A DNA stretch of 64,000 bases from the human T2T-CHM13v2.0 reference genome, Homo sapiens. Below the pieces are notes generated by a model, which worked only from the letters and a program-made list of their open reading frames with translations, was not told the origin of the DNA and made no database searches. Shown here in pieces: positions 1-16,728 of this stretch. The stretch's first letter is position 1. Every line of letters begins with the position of its first letter. The position numbers were made by a program, and so were the translations under genes. The stretch is from the NCBI RefSeq assembly GCF_009914755.1, contig NC_060929.1. One strand, written 5' to 3'.

Positions 1-1345
1 TACTTCCTAGATACAATGGAGGTACAGGCATTGGGTAAAAATACCCGGTCCAAATAGGAGAAATTAGCCAAAACAAAGGGGCTATCAGCCTCATACAAGT
101 CCAAAATCCAATAGGGCAGTCATTAAACCTTAAAGTTCCAAAATGATCTTCTTTGACTCCATGTCTCACATCCAGGTCATGCTGATGCAAGAGGTGGGTT
201 CCCATGGTCTTGGACAGCTCTGTCCCTGTGGCTTTGCAGGGTACAGCCCTCTGTCCCAGCTGCTTTCACAGCCAGCATTGTCTGTGACTTTTCCAGGCAC
301 ATGGTGCAAGCTGTCGGTAAATCTACCATTCTGGGGTCTGAAGGACGATGGCCCTCTTCTCACAGCTCCACTAGGCAGTGCCCCAGAAGGGAATTTGTGT
401 GGGGGCTCCAACCCCACATTTCCCTCCCACACTGCCCTAGCAGAGGTTCTCCATGATAGCTATACCCTTGCAACAAACTTCTGCCTGGCTTTTCCATACA
501 TCCTCTGAAATCTACTAGAAGGTTCCCAAACTTCAATTCTTGACTTCTATTCACCCACAAGCTCAACACCACGTGGAGGCTGCCAAGGCTTAGGGCTTAC
601 ACCTTCTGAAGCCACAGCCCAAGCTGTATCTTGGCGCCTTCTAGCCACAGCTAGAGAGGATAGGATGCAGGGCACCAAGTCCCTAGGCTGCACACAGCAA
701 GGAGGGCCTGGGCCTGCCCCAGGAAACCATTTTTCCCTCCTAGGCCTCTGGGCCTGTGATGGGAGGGACTGCCATGAAGGTCTCTGACATGCCCTGGAGA
801 TATTTTCCCCATGGTCTTGGTGACTAAAATTTGGCTTCTCATTATTTATGGAAATTTCTGCACTGAGCTTGATTTCTCCCCAGAAAATGGGTTTTTCTTT
901 TATATTGCACTGTCAGCCTGCAAATTTTCCAAACTTTCATGCTCTGCTTCCTCTTGAATGCTTTGCCACTTAGAAATTTCTTCCACTGGATACCCTAAAT
1001 AATCTCTCTCAAGTTCAAAGTTCCACAAATCTCTAGGACAGAGGCAAAATGCTACCAGTCTCGTTGCTAAAACATAATAAGAATCACCTTCTCCAGTTCC
1101 CAACAAGTTCCTCTTCTCCATCTGAGACCACCTCAGCCTGGACGTTATTGTCCATATTGCTATCAGGCTTTTGGTCAAAGCCATTCAACAAGTCTCTAGG
1201 AAGTTCCAAACTTTCCCACATCTTCCTGTCTTCTTCTGAGTCCTACAAACTGTTCCAACCTCTGCCTGTTACCCAGTTCCAAAGTCGCTTCCACATTTTC
1301 AGGTATTTTTACAGTAGCACCCCACTCTCTGCAGCACCAATTTAC
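1..1345 (-). mobile_element. THE1/MaLR internal region (continues beyond window start)
   Basis: Typical THE1-int motifs directly abutting the LTR. Confidence 0.85.
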
Positions 1346-1723
1346 TATATTAGTCTGTTCTTACACTGCTAAATAAGACATACCTGAGACTGAACAATTT
1401 ATAAACGAAAGAGGTGTAATTAACTCACAGTTCAGCATGGCTGGGGAGGCCTCAGGAAACTTACAATCATGGCAGAAGGGGAAGCAAACATGTCCTTCTT
1501 CACATAATGGCGGGAAGGAGAAGAATGAGTGCCCACTGAAGGGGGAAGCCCCTTATAATACCATCAGTTCTTGTGACAACTCACTCACTAGCATGAGAAC
1601 AGGAAGGGGCAAACTGTCCCCATGATTCAATTATCTCCACCTGTTCCCTCCCATGACACATGGGAATTATGGGAACTACAATTCAAGCTGAGATTTGGAT
1701 GGGGACACAGCCAAACCATATCA
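1346..1723 (-). mobile_element. THE1D-like 5' LTR (ERVL-MaLR)
   Basis: Reverse complement begins TGATATGGTTTGGCTGTGTCCCCATCCAAATCTC; about 380 bp. Confidence 0.88.
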
Positions 1724-1739
1724 GTCAGATATCAGGGTT

Positions 1740-2215
1740 GTTTTTTTTTTTTTAATTTATTGAGACTTGCTTTAAGGCCAAGCATTTGGTCGATCTTGGA
1801 GTATATTCTGTGTGCAGATGAAAAGAATGTATATTCTGTGGTTGATGGGTGGAGCGTTCTACAGATGTTTATTAGGTTCAATTGCTCAAGTGTCTAATTT
1901 AATTCCAGAATTTGTTAGTTTTCTGCTTTGATGATATGTCCAACTTTGTCATTGGGGTGTTGAAGTCCCCCACTATTACTACGTGGTTGCCTAAATAGTT
2001 TCATAGGTCTATAACTACTTATTTTATGAGTCTAGGTGCTCCAATGTTGTATGCTTATATATTTAGGATAGTTAAGTCTTCTTGTTGAATTGAACTCTTT
2101 ATCATTATGTCCCTTTCTTTGTCCTTTTTTACTGCTGCTGGTTTAAAGTCTGTTTTATCTGATATAAAAACAGCAGCCCCTGATCCTTTTTGTTTTCCAT
2201 TTGCATGATAGATCA
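1740..2215 (-). mobile_element. L1 ORF2 (endonuclease region) fragment
   Basis: gatgaaaagaatgtatattctgt, ggggtgttgaagtccccc, ttgaattgaactcttt motifs. Confidence 0.75.
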
Positions 2216-2540
2216 GAAAGCCTATTTAAAATGTATTCTAAGCGTTAATTTTTGGGTAAAGTGCTATGAGCTAATCATTAATTACTTCTAGTAAGAGACA
2301 GGATTAAATGTATGTTGTACTTAGAGTGATTCTTGGGAAAACCCACAGGATACAGTTATATACTATATATTGTTAGAGAAAAGGGAAGAATGACACATAT
2401 ACATAACAAAACATGAAAAAAAAATCTATTCTAAGCTTCAGATTTGTTTCATAAAAATCACATTAAAATATGACAAATTTTGAACATTCTTGAATGAGAA
2501 GCATTTTAAACAGGTTAAAAATGAATTATTCAATGATTAC

Positions 2541-2669
2541 CTGGAGGTGCCCATAGCTTGTTCTGTTAAGCCAAGTTCTTCACTGGAAACTCCGTCTTTA
2601 ATTATAAGGTCATCAATAATGTCTGCAATATCAGTCAATCCAGTCATCTGGAGCGGATGTACTGAAACA
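2541..2669 (-). CDS. CPLANE1: CPLANE1 exon (129 nt, phase 2-2): (S)[21 protein letters not shown]...AMGTS
   Basis: weak atgAAG acceptor (frame-preserving), CAG|GTAATC donor. Confidence 0.85.
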
Positions 2670-3160
2670 CTTCATTTGCAAATGTAATTTAAGAAATATA
2701 AATCAGTATCTACAACTTAATTACATTAAGCAAAAATAAACATGTAACAAATGAACACAAAATGATAAACATATATCTACTGTTCCTTCTATTTCTGTAA
2801 TTCTAGTATCTCTCAGTGAAAAAGACTAATCAACAAAAAGTAATGACTTGGTAGATTTTCTTTAAAAAGGAAACATATGGTCCAGAAGAAAACCCCTATA
2901 GATTCTGTTTAAATTTAATCCATATTTATATAAGAAAATGTAGTAAATATAGTCTATTGAATTCTAACTACTTGTGCTAAAACAGTAAGAGATATAACAA
3001 TCCTCAATTTCTTAAAAATATTCCATACCCAATGAAAACTTATATTCCTTTAAACCACAAAGATATATATAATGTAAAAATTCACACACATATGAACAAA
3101 ATTTTCACTATCTACACCCAACTTTAAAGAAAATTGTGAATTAACTCTTAAGATATTTAC

Positions 3161-3191
3161 CTCTCACACAATTCATCACTGCTATTCATAC
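3161..3191 (-). CDS. CPLANE1: CPLANE1 small exon (31 nt, phase 1-2): (G)MNSSDELCE(S)
   Basis: T-tract AG acceptor, GAG|GTAAAT donor; needed to bridge phase 1 to phase 2. Confidence 0.85.
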
Positions 3192-3384
3192 CTAAAAAAA
3201 AAATCATTATTAATAAAAATTTTGGGTTTTTTTTTGCTTTCAATTGTTAATCTAATTTAGAAATTATATAACCAGAAATTAAATTAAAATACTTTTAAAC
3301 TTCCAAATTGGTTTATAGATATATATTTACAGCATATTTATCCTCTTCCTGAATATGCTATCTGATAGTGAATACTGTCTACAT

Positions 3385-3670
3385 ATTTTTTGAGACCATG
3401 TCTCACTCTGTCACCCAGGCTAAGTGCAGCGACATGGTCATGGCATACTACAACCTCTGCCTCCGGGCTCAAGCAAACCTCCCACCTTAACCTCCTGAAT
3501 GGCTGGGATTACAGGTGTGTGCCGCAATGCAGGCTAATTTTTGTATTTTTTGTAGACACGGGGTCTTGCTATGTTGCCCAGGTTGGTCTCGAACTCCTGA
3601 GCTCAAGTGATTCACCTGCCTTGGCCTCCCAAAGTGCTTGGATTACAGGCATGGGCCATCGCACCCAGCC
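3385..3670 (-). mobile_element. AluJ-like
   Basis: Antisense Alu dimer, diverged. Confidence 0.85.
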
Positions 3671-4644
3671 AGTATAAGATTATTACTTTTTCTATCCTGA
3701 GTACTCAGTGTAATATGTCAGAAGGCACAACCCTTCTTTGCTTAGTACACAGTTTAGAGTACTGGAGTGCAATTTACTTTATAAAATATACACAAACAAA
3801 AAACAAATCTCTGGTGATCTGAAAGTAATATATTTTAGAAAATATCTTATTTAAATCCGAGAAGCAATTTACCTGTAAGAATGTGTCCCAAAATATAATT
3901 TTTAAGTCTTGTCCAGTATTAACTATATGTCTTCAGAGAAAAACACTTAATCTATTCAGTCTTCTATATGTTTCATTCTAAATGTTTAATTCTTCTATAT
4001 GTTTAATTCTAAAAACAGGATTGAATTAATATAGGGAAAAGTGTTCTGACATCTCTTCTCAAAAAATATTCCTTAAGATTTTATTATCTTGAGATAAACC
4101 AAATCTGTCCCTAAGACTTACACATTCACATGGTTTTAATATGAAATACCTGTTTTCTTGAAAACATATTGTTCTATTTAATTTATTAACCTCCAAATCA
4201 AGGATTTTATTTTCGTTCTCAGAATCTGGGCATTTGTGGGTTAAGAGCAACTAATTCAATTTAACTAAGAGAGAAATATTTCACATAAATCTAAGATTAG
4301 CGTAATAGTAATAGTTCTACCCCTTATAGCTTTTTACTAGGTAGAAAAAGATATTAATCCTATGTACTTAGGAAAGAGAAGGTCCATTAAAGAGACACTT
4401 TCTATCAGTATTTGAGAGGCCCCTGCTGGCCTATTCACGAAAAAAAGCTTGAAGGATTCTCTTCCAATAACGACTGGGCTGCATATGGGGAAGTAGGTGA
4501 GATTAGCGAAGATGGTGACCTCTTGGGTTAAAGATTGAAGTGTTTGTCATCAAAGGTTGGTAAGTAACAAGTTGCCCTTTCTCCTATTAGTAACCCAGGA
4601 TCACTAACCCACGGCCACAGTACCTGTTTATTACCAAGTAAACG

Positions 4645-4783
4645 TTCTTAAAACATTATGAGATTTATGCATGGACTTTTTTTTTTTTTCTAGCTCATCA
4701 GCTATTGTTAGTGTTAGTGTATTTTATGTGTGGCCCAAGACAATTCTTCTTCCAATGTGGCTCAGGGAAGCCAAAAGACTGGA
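4645..4783 (-). mobile_element. MER30 (hAT) fragment
   Basis: gctcatcagctattgttagtgttagtgtattttatgtgtggcccaagacaattcttcttccaatgtgg. Confidence 0.8.
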
Positions 4784-5644
4784 GTCTAGACTTTGACATC
4801 AGACCTAGTTATACCTTTGCCTTAGACTCTGGCAACACTAAACAACCACGTTCCCCCTCTCCTCCTCTTTTACCCACCTAGTCACTGAGTACCATCAGTT
4901 ACTAATTCAAAATGTCTCGTTTCTTCTATTTCTTTCCCACAACACTAGCCAGGCCCTCATTATTTCCCAGGTCAGATTTTAGTAGCCTCCTCAGTGGTCT
5001 CTATGCCTCCATTCTATTTTTCCTCAAAACCTCCTTGTTTTACTTCTCTGCTTGGAATTCTCCCATGTTCCCAAGGATAAAATGGAGTGTAAACTTCTCA
5101 GATATAATTAGAACCCTCTACCATCTAGCCATATGAGTCCTGTTTAACCTCATTTGTCAATCCTCCCCAGAGAAGAGAAGAGAAAAGCTATCAGTGACCA
5201 AGAAAATAAAACAAGATTCTCAGATGCTTTATATATGATACTCAGTCTTCACAACTTTGTGAAGTGGAAATTATTATCCCCATATGTTGATGACTAAAAC
5301 ACACATGGCATCTAGAAAGAACTGAGAAAATAATTACAAGATTTAAAGTCAGCTTCTTAATAGGTTTTCTTTTATTTAAGTAACAGTAATGCCATTTAAA
5401 ATAGCATTTTTACTGTTTATATCACTTTAATAATGGTAATAGAACATATACTAAACACTCAGTAAAATCATTTTAATTGACCATCAATATCTGAGAGAAA
5501 AAAAATATTTCCAAGCCACTGTCAGTGATTGAACTGATGTATTTACTATGTTCTATTATTCATAGGACAAAGTATATTCATTAGGACTAAAGAATAACAG
5601 TTTTAATTGCTACCTCCAAATGAAATAAAACAAAAAGTGGCACT

Positions 5645-5790
5645 AAATCCTTCTAAATCTCAATCTCCTCAACTGTAAAATGGAGATAATAATAGTGTCT
5701 ACACCTCATAGATCAGGCTTAAACCAGAATCTATGCATATAAAACAGTGATGTTTGGCACATGGTAGAGGCTCAAGAAATGATGGCTACT
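5645..5790. mobile_element. MIR fragment
   Basis: ctgtaaaatggagataataatagt core. Confidence 0.65.
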
Positions 5791-6130
5791 ATTTTGTTTT
5801 CAAATTAAAATTCAAAGTTCTTATAATTGGAAGAGTTTTAATTTTTCAATTTTTGTAAAAATCAACTATTACAGTAATTCCAGTTGCTATATATTTCATA
5901 TTAATAAGTTACACCAAGATATGATACATAATTGCAGTATGTCTTATGAAGGTGACAAGATGTCACAGTTCTTCATGTGACTAGCAAAAGTTTTAACTTT
6001 CCTTCCCCTAAAATAAATATTACAAAATGACTTCACAAACCTTTCATAACTATATTCCCAGTAAATCATGTTCAGTAACATTATAATGGAGAATAAGAGT
6101 ATGTGTAAATGAAAAAGTAAAGAACAATAC

Positions 6131-6301
6131 CAGGAGAAGTAGTATTCTGATCACTGGAACTGGAAAGGCTGACAGCTGAATCGGCAGTAGGAAACACACA
6201 GGTTTTCTGACCAGAATAATTTTCTGTTATTGAAAATTCAGGTTCTGAAGTCTCCTTTTTGTCACTTTGATCTTCTTCATCCATATGGGTCAAAAAACGC
6301 A
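6131..6301 (-). CDS. CPLANE1: CPLANE1 exon (171 nt, phase 1-1): (V)[14 protein letters not shown]...NTTSP(G)
   Basis: ggattAG acceptor, CTG|GTATTG donor. Confidence 0.9.
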
Positions 6302-7472
6302 CTAATCCAGAGTATATATTACAATTAAAATAAAATAGTAGAGGAAAAAAGATCACATGGAAAAGACAATTGCCACTATTTCCAACTGGCAACCCAGATA
6401 TTAGAAGTTTGTCACATATTATGCTAATAGCTTTCTACTGTATAATGAATTTAATAAAAAATTTGAAGTTAAAGCTCTCCCACAGTAAATAAACAAGATT
6501 TATTAGACTGAGCTGAAGTACATAGGCCTATGCCCTTTCATAAAAACATAGACATGCTAAATTACAAAAAAAAATTTTAATATACGACCAATCTTTCTAA
6601 ACAGAGAAATCCCATGGTGCCAGAAAAGAAAAAGGAACTCATAGCTGGAGCAGTAAGTGGGCAATGATGCTGGGATAGTCTACTGAGGAATAGGAGATGT
6701 GGTTCTGTACACTGCAATGAGGGAAAAACTGAGCTACCTTCATGTATCTTAGAGCACTGAAGGACAGCTTTGTCCATAAAATAGGAAAAAGAAAATCTCT
6801 CCCCTGGTGAAACAGCAAATAAGTTTTCTATCTGCATGGACAGCAGCTGAGAGAAAAATAAAAGTCAACTTTGAGAAATCAACACCCTGACTTGCCACAA
6901 GCATGAACAGGGTCTGAATTTCTACCATCAATAAAGTACAGCAACCCCAAGTGAAGAAACGTATACTAAAATTTGTTTCAATTTTTTCCTACTTCAACGA
7001 TAGCAAAAAGCAAATGCAAAACTACTCCAAAGACAAACATATAATCTAGCAGAACTTCCACTAATGATAAGCCCATGATAAAAAATTACAATTCACACAA
7101 AGGAACAACCAACCATGAAAGACAGTCAGTATGCAGATTCAACAATTGATAATGTGCACATATGAAATACAATAATCAGAAAAGGTTAGTCATAAAACAT
7201 GACTGAAATTATGAAACAGATAAAGCATAGGAACAGCAATAAAAAAACAGGACACAACATCCAAAGAGCAGATAGATTTGAAAAAGAAATAAATACAACT
7301 TCTAGATATTAAATGTAGCCACCAAAATTAAAATCATAATGAATAGCTAAAACAGCAAAGACACAGCAAAAAAGAGAATTAGTAAACTAGAAGACAGATA
7401 TGAGGAAATCATCCTGAGTGAACCACTGATAAAGGGAGGAAATTATGCAGAAGAGGCTGAATGAGATAAGGA

Positions 7473-9232
<1,760 letters not shown>

Positions 9233-9254
9233 TTAATTTAAAATGAAAAAAATT

Positions 9255-9415
9255 TTAAGAGACGGTGTCTCACTATGTTGCTCAGGCTGGAGTGCAGTGG
9301 CTATTCACAGGTGTGATGATAGCATACTACAACCTTTAATTCTTGGGCTCAAGTGATCCTCCCACCTCAGCCTCCCAAATAGCTGGGACTACAGGTATGC
9401 ACCACCATGTCCAAA
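9255..9415 (-). mobile_element. FLAM/FRAM Alu monomer
   Basis: Antisense monomer motifs. Confidence 0.75.
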
Positions 9416-9999
9416 TTCACCTTAAATTTTAACTCACCTATGAATGTTAAAAATTCAAGAATAACCACTAAAAACTAAAAATCTAATGTATAATTTCTGA
9501 ACCAATACAGCAGGAAAGAGAGAATACAGAAAACTCCATCCAATAAAAGGCAAAAAAGAGGGACAAAAGTAAAGGAAATAAATGGCAAAAAAACCACCAT
9601 GAAATAAGATATTAGAAATAAGCACAAATATATCAGTAAATACAATAAATGAACAGTGATTATGCTTGCTGGTTAAAAAAGACTGTCTAATTATTTAAAG
9701 GAATGAAATCTAGGTACATGCTGGACACAAATACAACATAATCAAACAGCCTGAAAGTAAAGGGATATCTAATTTACAAGAAATACAGAGGAGAAAACAA
9801 CACATTAAATGACATCACAGAGACTCAATTAGCAAAACTCAGACTCTGAAAAACACTTCAGAACAACTATCTTGTTTCTTCAACAAAGAAAACTTCAAGG
9901 AAGAAAAAGGAGAGAAGGAACCCAGAAGTTAAGAGACTTATAAGCCATCAACCAATGGCCACTTATAGATCTTAGCTGGGTTCCAACTGTAATAATTAA

Positions 10000-10297
<298 letters not shown>

Positions 10298-10319
10298 TAA
10301 AAGACTATTTTTTGAAACG

Positions 10320-11520
10320 AGACAATTGGCAACATTTGAACTCTGATTAGATATATAAGTATATTAAGAATTTTTTAAAGGAGTGTCAATATTATTGTGC
10401 TTATGTTTTAAAAATGGACCTGATCTTTTAGAGATACATACAAAATATTTATACATAAAATAATGTGCTGTCTGGGTTTCGTTTCAAAATAATCAAGAAA
10501 AAGGTGGGAAGAGTGGGTGGGTGTATAGGTAAAAAAGGGATTGGCCATGAGTTGATAATGATTAAAGTTTGTTGTTGAGTATATGAAAGTTAATTGTATG
10601 ATTCTGCCTTCTATTAAAATAGTGTAGAAATTTTACATAAAATTTTAAAAAATAAAGCATATCAAAAAGATATACCAGAACACAGGGGTAGTAATGTTCA
10701 TATTAAACAAAATTGACTATAAGTCAAAAAGGATTATTAGGGATAAAGAGGGTTATTACTTAATGATAAAAGAGACAAAATCCAACAAGAAATATAACAA
10801 TCCTGAACTATATTCACCTTATAGCCTTAAGATGAATGTAACAGATTTACAAGGAGAAATAATTCCACAACCATTATGGGTAATTTTTAATGCAACCTTC
10901 TAAGAAATGAACGGATCAAGCTGACTAATCAGAAAAAATACAAAAAATCTGGACAACACAATTTAGAAGCTTGACCAAAGGGAGATATATACACATACAC
11001 TACATACAACCAACAGAAAATGTTTGGCCTCTTCAAATAAATGTGGAACATAATGTAAAAACTGACTATCCTCAGCCACAAGGGAAATTTTAACAAATAT
11101 CTAAGGATTGATATCATCATACACATCAGCTAATCAAAATGCAATGAAAATGGAAATCAACCACAAAAACATAGCCCAATATTAGAATGCTTAATATTTA
11201 GAAGCTAAAAACTCCTTTTACAAGCTAAAGAAATCATAATGCGAACTACAAACTATGTAGACCTGAACACCACCAGATGATGATGAGTATCAACATTCTT
11301 GTCTAGGTCCATGCAGAAACATATTCAGCCTCAATTACACATATTAGAAAATAAGAAAAAATAAAGTTAGAAAAAAGCCAACAAGTTAATGCCCCCAAAA
11401 TAGAAGAAATAATAAAGATTAATGAAAAAGGAAACTGAGAAACAAAGAGAATTAACAAACACTGGTTTTTGAAAAGACTAAACTGACAAGACTGAATGAG
11501 AAAGAGAACACAGGTATGAA
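10320..11520 (+). mobile_element. Old L1 (L1M/L1ME) fragments
   Basis: A-rich; ORF 10694-10903 (KIDYKSKRIIRDKEGYYLMIK) resembles L1 ORF2 endonuclease. Confidence 0.65.
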
Positions 11521-12001
11521 CCACAGACACAGCAGAAGGTAAAAACAACTATTCTAATTTCATTCTTTCAATAAAAAATGAAAAAACTTAATACCTCACC
11601 ACTGCCTGGCCATTTTACCAGAACCTCAAATTCCAGCTCAGCTGATGATCACAGACAAACAGCAACCTCAGCACAAAGCTCTGTGCAATCCTCAGCACTA
11701 TGAGGCCAATGGCTTGGAATCCACAAAAACTGAGCTCCAGGCCACACTTGCCCCATCCTAGTATAAAATCCAGAGGAGGTTACTGCCTTCTCAAAAAAAA
11801 AAAAAAAAAAAAAAAAAAAGGCCGTGAGGTGGAAGCTAATCACATTACAAAAAAATAATCCTAATCTAAAAACTGGGAAGCTTATGACTTCAGCTCACAT
11901 AATGAAAACTACTCCTACTTCTGGCACTCCACAAAACAATGCACATTCTTTCAGATCAACTAAAGCAAGACTTCAGCCAGCCCCTATCAGCCCCTACAAA
12001 C

Positions 12002-12089
12002 CTTCTTCAGAAATGCTAATGGTTTTTGAAGCTAATGTTTTTTTGAATTCAGGGCCAGAAGAGAATTCAATGTGATCCACTGGTCCAAT
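12002..12089 (-). CDS. CPLANE1: CPLANE1 exon (88 nt, phase 0-1): IGPVDHIEFSSGP...ISISEE(V)
   Basis: tttctacAG acceptor, AAG|GTTTGT donor. Confidence 0.9.
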
Positions 12090-12589
12090 CTGTAGAAAAA
12101 ACACACACAACAAAACAACAGTAATACTTTGATAATTTCAAAATAACAAACAGTTTTATGTAAGTTTTAAACACTTGCATTAATGCAAAAGTGAAAAAAA
12201 TGGGATTAAATCCAATATAAGCTAAATGGTAGGGATCAATAAAACAGAGGAAATTTTTACTTATTTGTAGCTTAACTGAGTTATAAACTTTTAAAAGGCT
12301 CAGGAAAATTGTATCATAAAATTTTAGAATGAAGAACCTTAATTACTATCTAGACAAATTCGTATTAAAGATGAGAGAACAAAGCCCAGAGAGATTCAAT
12401 GACTTTTTTAGTGGCATAACACGGTCAACCCAGGTCTTCAAGACTATTTACCACTCAGTGTCTGCCCAGAGTATCCCTGGGCCTCTTCCAGGACTATAAG
12501 CTGTTTTCTTAAGTTAGGCAAGTGAAGATGTTTGTATTTATGTGTACATTATAATAATGTGAGAGCATTTTTTAAAAATATACCAAACC

Positions 12590-12892
<303 letters not shown>

Positions 12893-12979
12893 GCAAATTG
12901 TGGTGTGTGTGTGTGTGTATACAAAATTAACATTATTTCCTTCAAAGTGGTCATTTTAGAAGACTAAATATCTTCCTTT

Positions 12980-13610
12980 TCCCTGGGAGATATGTTCCAA
13001 GACGCCCAGTGGATGCCTGAAACGGTGGGGGTAGTACCGAACCTTATATATAGTTGTCCCTCAGTATCTATGAGGGATTGGCTCCTGACATCAAAATCCA
13101 CAGACTCAAGTCCCTTATATAAAATGGTGCAGTATTTGCATACAACCTATAGACATTCTTCCCATATACTTTAATCTCTAGATTACTTATAATATCTAAT
13201 ACAATGTAAATGTTAACTATTAATAGTTGTTATGACGTATTGTTCAGGAATGACAAGAACAAATCTGCACATGTTCAGTACAGATGCAACCATCCTTTTT
13301 TGTTTTTATTAAATATTTTCAATCCACATTTGGTTGAACTGTCAGATGCAGAACCCATGGATATAGAGGGCCGACTGTATACTATGTTTTTTTCTATGCG
13401 TACATACCTATGATAAAGCTTAATTTATCAATTAGGCACAGTAAGAGATTAGTAATAGCTAAGAATAAAATGCAACGATTATAACAATATACTGTAATCA
13501 AAGTTATATGAATGTGTTTTTTTTCTGTCTCTCAAAATATCTTCTTATACTGTACAGAAGGTAACAGAAACCTCGGAAAACAAAACTGCAAATAAGAGGG
13601 GACTACTGTA
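12980..13610 (+). mobile_element. MER44A (Tigger family) interrupted by a nested MER2 (~13050-13379)
   Basis: gatatgttccaagac..gatgcctgaaac start and ggggactactg TIR; inner element ends gagggccgactg. Confidence 0.8.
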
Positions 13611-14332
13611 CGTAAGGGCTTTGAGCAAATGCTTTTGGAACTCTTCCTTTGAAATTGTCTCCCAACCTTGTACCACAATTATAAATAACTGTTCTACTGG
13701 TGAATCTTTAGTATATAAATGTGATTTTATTAGTGCCAGAATCAAAACTAAGATAGCAAAGACAACCATTGAACAAATATTTATTAAATGCCCACCATGT
13801 GTAGCAAAAGACATTGTCCCTACCTTCGAGTCTTAAAAGGCTTGAGAGAGGAGCCCTATCAGAATTTTTGAGAGCCTTTTCAAAATGCCAAGTCACCTCC
13901 ACCTCCCCAACAGATTCAGCAGGGATAGAATGTATACTCTGAAAAAGCATCTGAGTGATCTTGACATGCACAGGAGTCCAAATGCTTAATGGACTCAGAC
14001 ATGTGGAAACTCCCTCCTCCAACTCCTGCTTTGGCTGGCTTTCTCCTGAGTCTCTTATGACTTCAGACTGTTCTCAAGTCTTGTTGAATACTCATCCTTA
14101 CAAGGCAGTGTTTCCACAAGATTCTTTACCCTCTTCTTTTCTCCTCCATGTGCTCTCCCTGAGGAGCACCTATGCTATCATGATTTGAACTTCCCCCTAA
14201 CTGATTACTCCAAAATCTGTACCTTCAGCCCAGTTGTAGCTCCTCAGCTGCTTTTGAGGAACTGCCTACTTATCTCACAGCACCTCAAATTTATCATGTC
14301 CCTGATAGAAATCATTGTGCCTCCCTCCCCCA

Positions 14333-14363
<31 letters not shown>

Positions 14364-14571
14364 ACTCCTCCTCTTCCTTAGTTTGGAAAATGGCTCCACC
14401 ATTCACCCAGGCTGGAATCTGGACACCACTGTGAATCTCTGTTGTCTTCTTCACCTTCCCACAGCTTATCAATCTCTAAGTCCTGTTAATGCCTTCCCTC
14501 CATTCTTACTGCTCAAATTCAGGCATATGGTTATTTCCTGCCATGGATATTTAGTGGATCTCAAACACTTA

Positions 14572-14757
14572 TCAGTGGACCTGGTATAGAGCTAGCAGCA
14601 TAAGAATCATTTGTGAAGCTTGTTAATAACACAGATTCCAGGGCTCTAACCAGACCTACTTAAAATCAGAATTTCAGGGAAATGGGGCCCAGGAATTTGC
14701 ATTCTTAACAAGTTTCCTATATGATTCTAATGGGCAGCCATTAGATTTGGAACCACT
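14572..14757. mobile_element. MER5A within L2 fragments (~13760-15365)
   Basis: agaatca..tgaagcttgttaa..cagattc..aggaatttgcattcttaacaag; L2 end gctcaataaatgtttgttga. Confidence 0.7.
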
Positions 14758-15541
14758 GTGACCCATGTGGTCTCCTTGTTCCCAGGCTTATCCTTTCCAA
14801 TCTACCTTCCACACTACTGTCTGCATATCTGATAATATCCCTTCACTGTTTAAAATTCTTCAGTGGTTTCCTACTGCCTGCTTATAGGAGAAAATCCCAA
14901 TCGCTTGACATGGTAAATGCTTTCTGTTCCTCCTTGTCTCCCCTCTCCTACCTCTACTGCCAGATGTCTTAAAGTCCAATCCCACTAACTTCTACCTCTA
15001 AGTAATGCTCATACAGCTCCCCAAACACTCTATGCCATTTGGTACCTTTCTCCTTTGCTCACAATATTTTGTCAGCCTTTCTTTAATTAACTGATGAATA
15101 CCAATTCATTACCAGCTCGAGTCACCTCCACAAAGCCTCCTCTGATGCCACAGCTTCACTTACCCCGTCCAGTCACAACATGTCAGGCATATCTATGTGC
15201 CTCATTAGACCCAGTATGTATGTATTCATTGGTATATACATCTATCTTCTTTTATTAGATTTTACACTCCTTGAGAGTAGGTACTATGCCTTATTTATCT
15301 TTCTATTCCTAGAATTTAGCACAGGGCCTAATAGGCAGTAGTTGCTCAATAAATGTTTGTTGAAGGAATTAATTATTCATGAACTCCTGTGAGAGTGAGC
15401 AAGCCAGGATCAAGACTAGATTCGGGTATAAATCAAATATCTGGCTGTAGATAATGACTACTAAACTAGCTCAAAAGGCAATTTCAAAAGAGATTCTTTG
15501 AAGTAAGGAGTTCCAACAACTGCTTTGATGCTGTACATTTA

Positions 15542-16728
<1,187 letters not shown>

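Noticed and set aside
143-1897. Cluster of 60-120 aa ORFs at the window start
   Set aside because: All lie in THE1 internal/LTR or L1 sequence; no coherent coding frame.
4380-4585. Exon-like stretch on the minus strand (GERATCYLPTFDDKHFNL-stop)
   Set aside because: Poor pyrimidine tract, in-frame stops and no convincing donor.
14185-14589. 134-aa plus-strand ORF
   Set aside because: Lies in L2 remnants and includes an (AC)n microsatellite.
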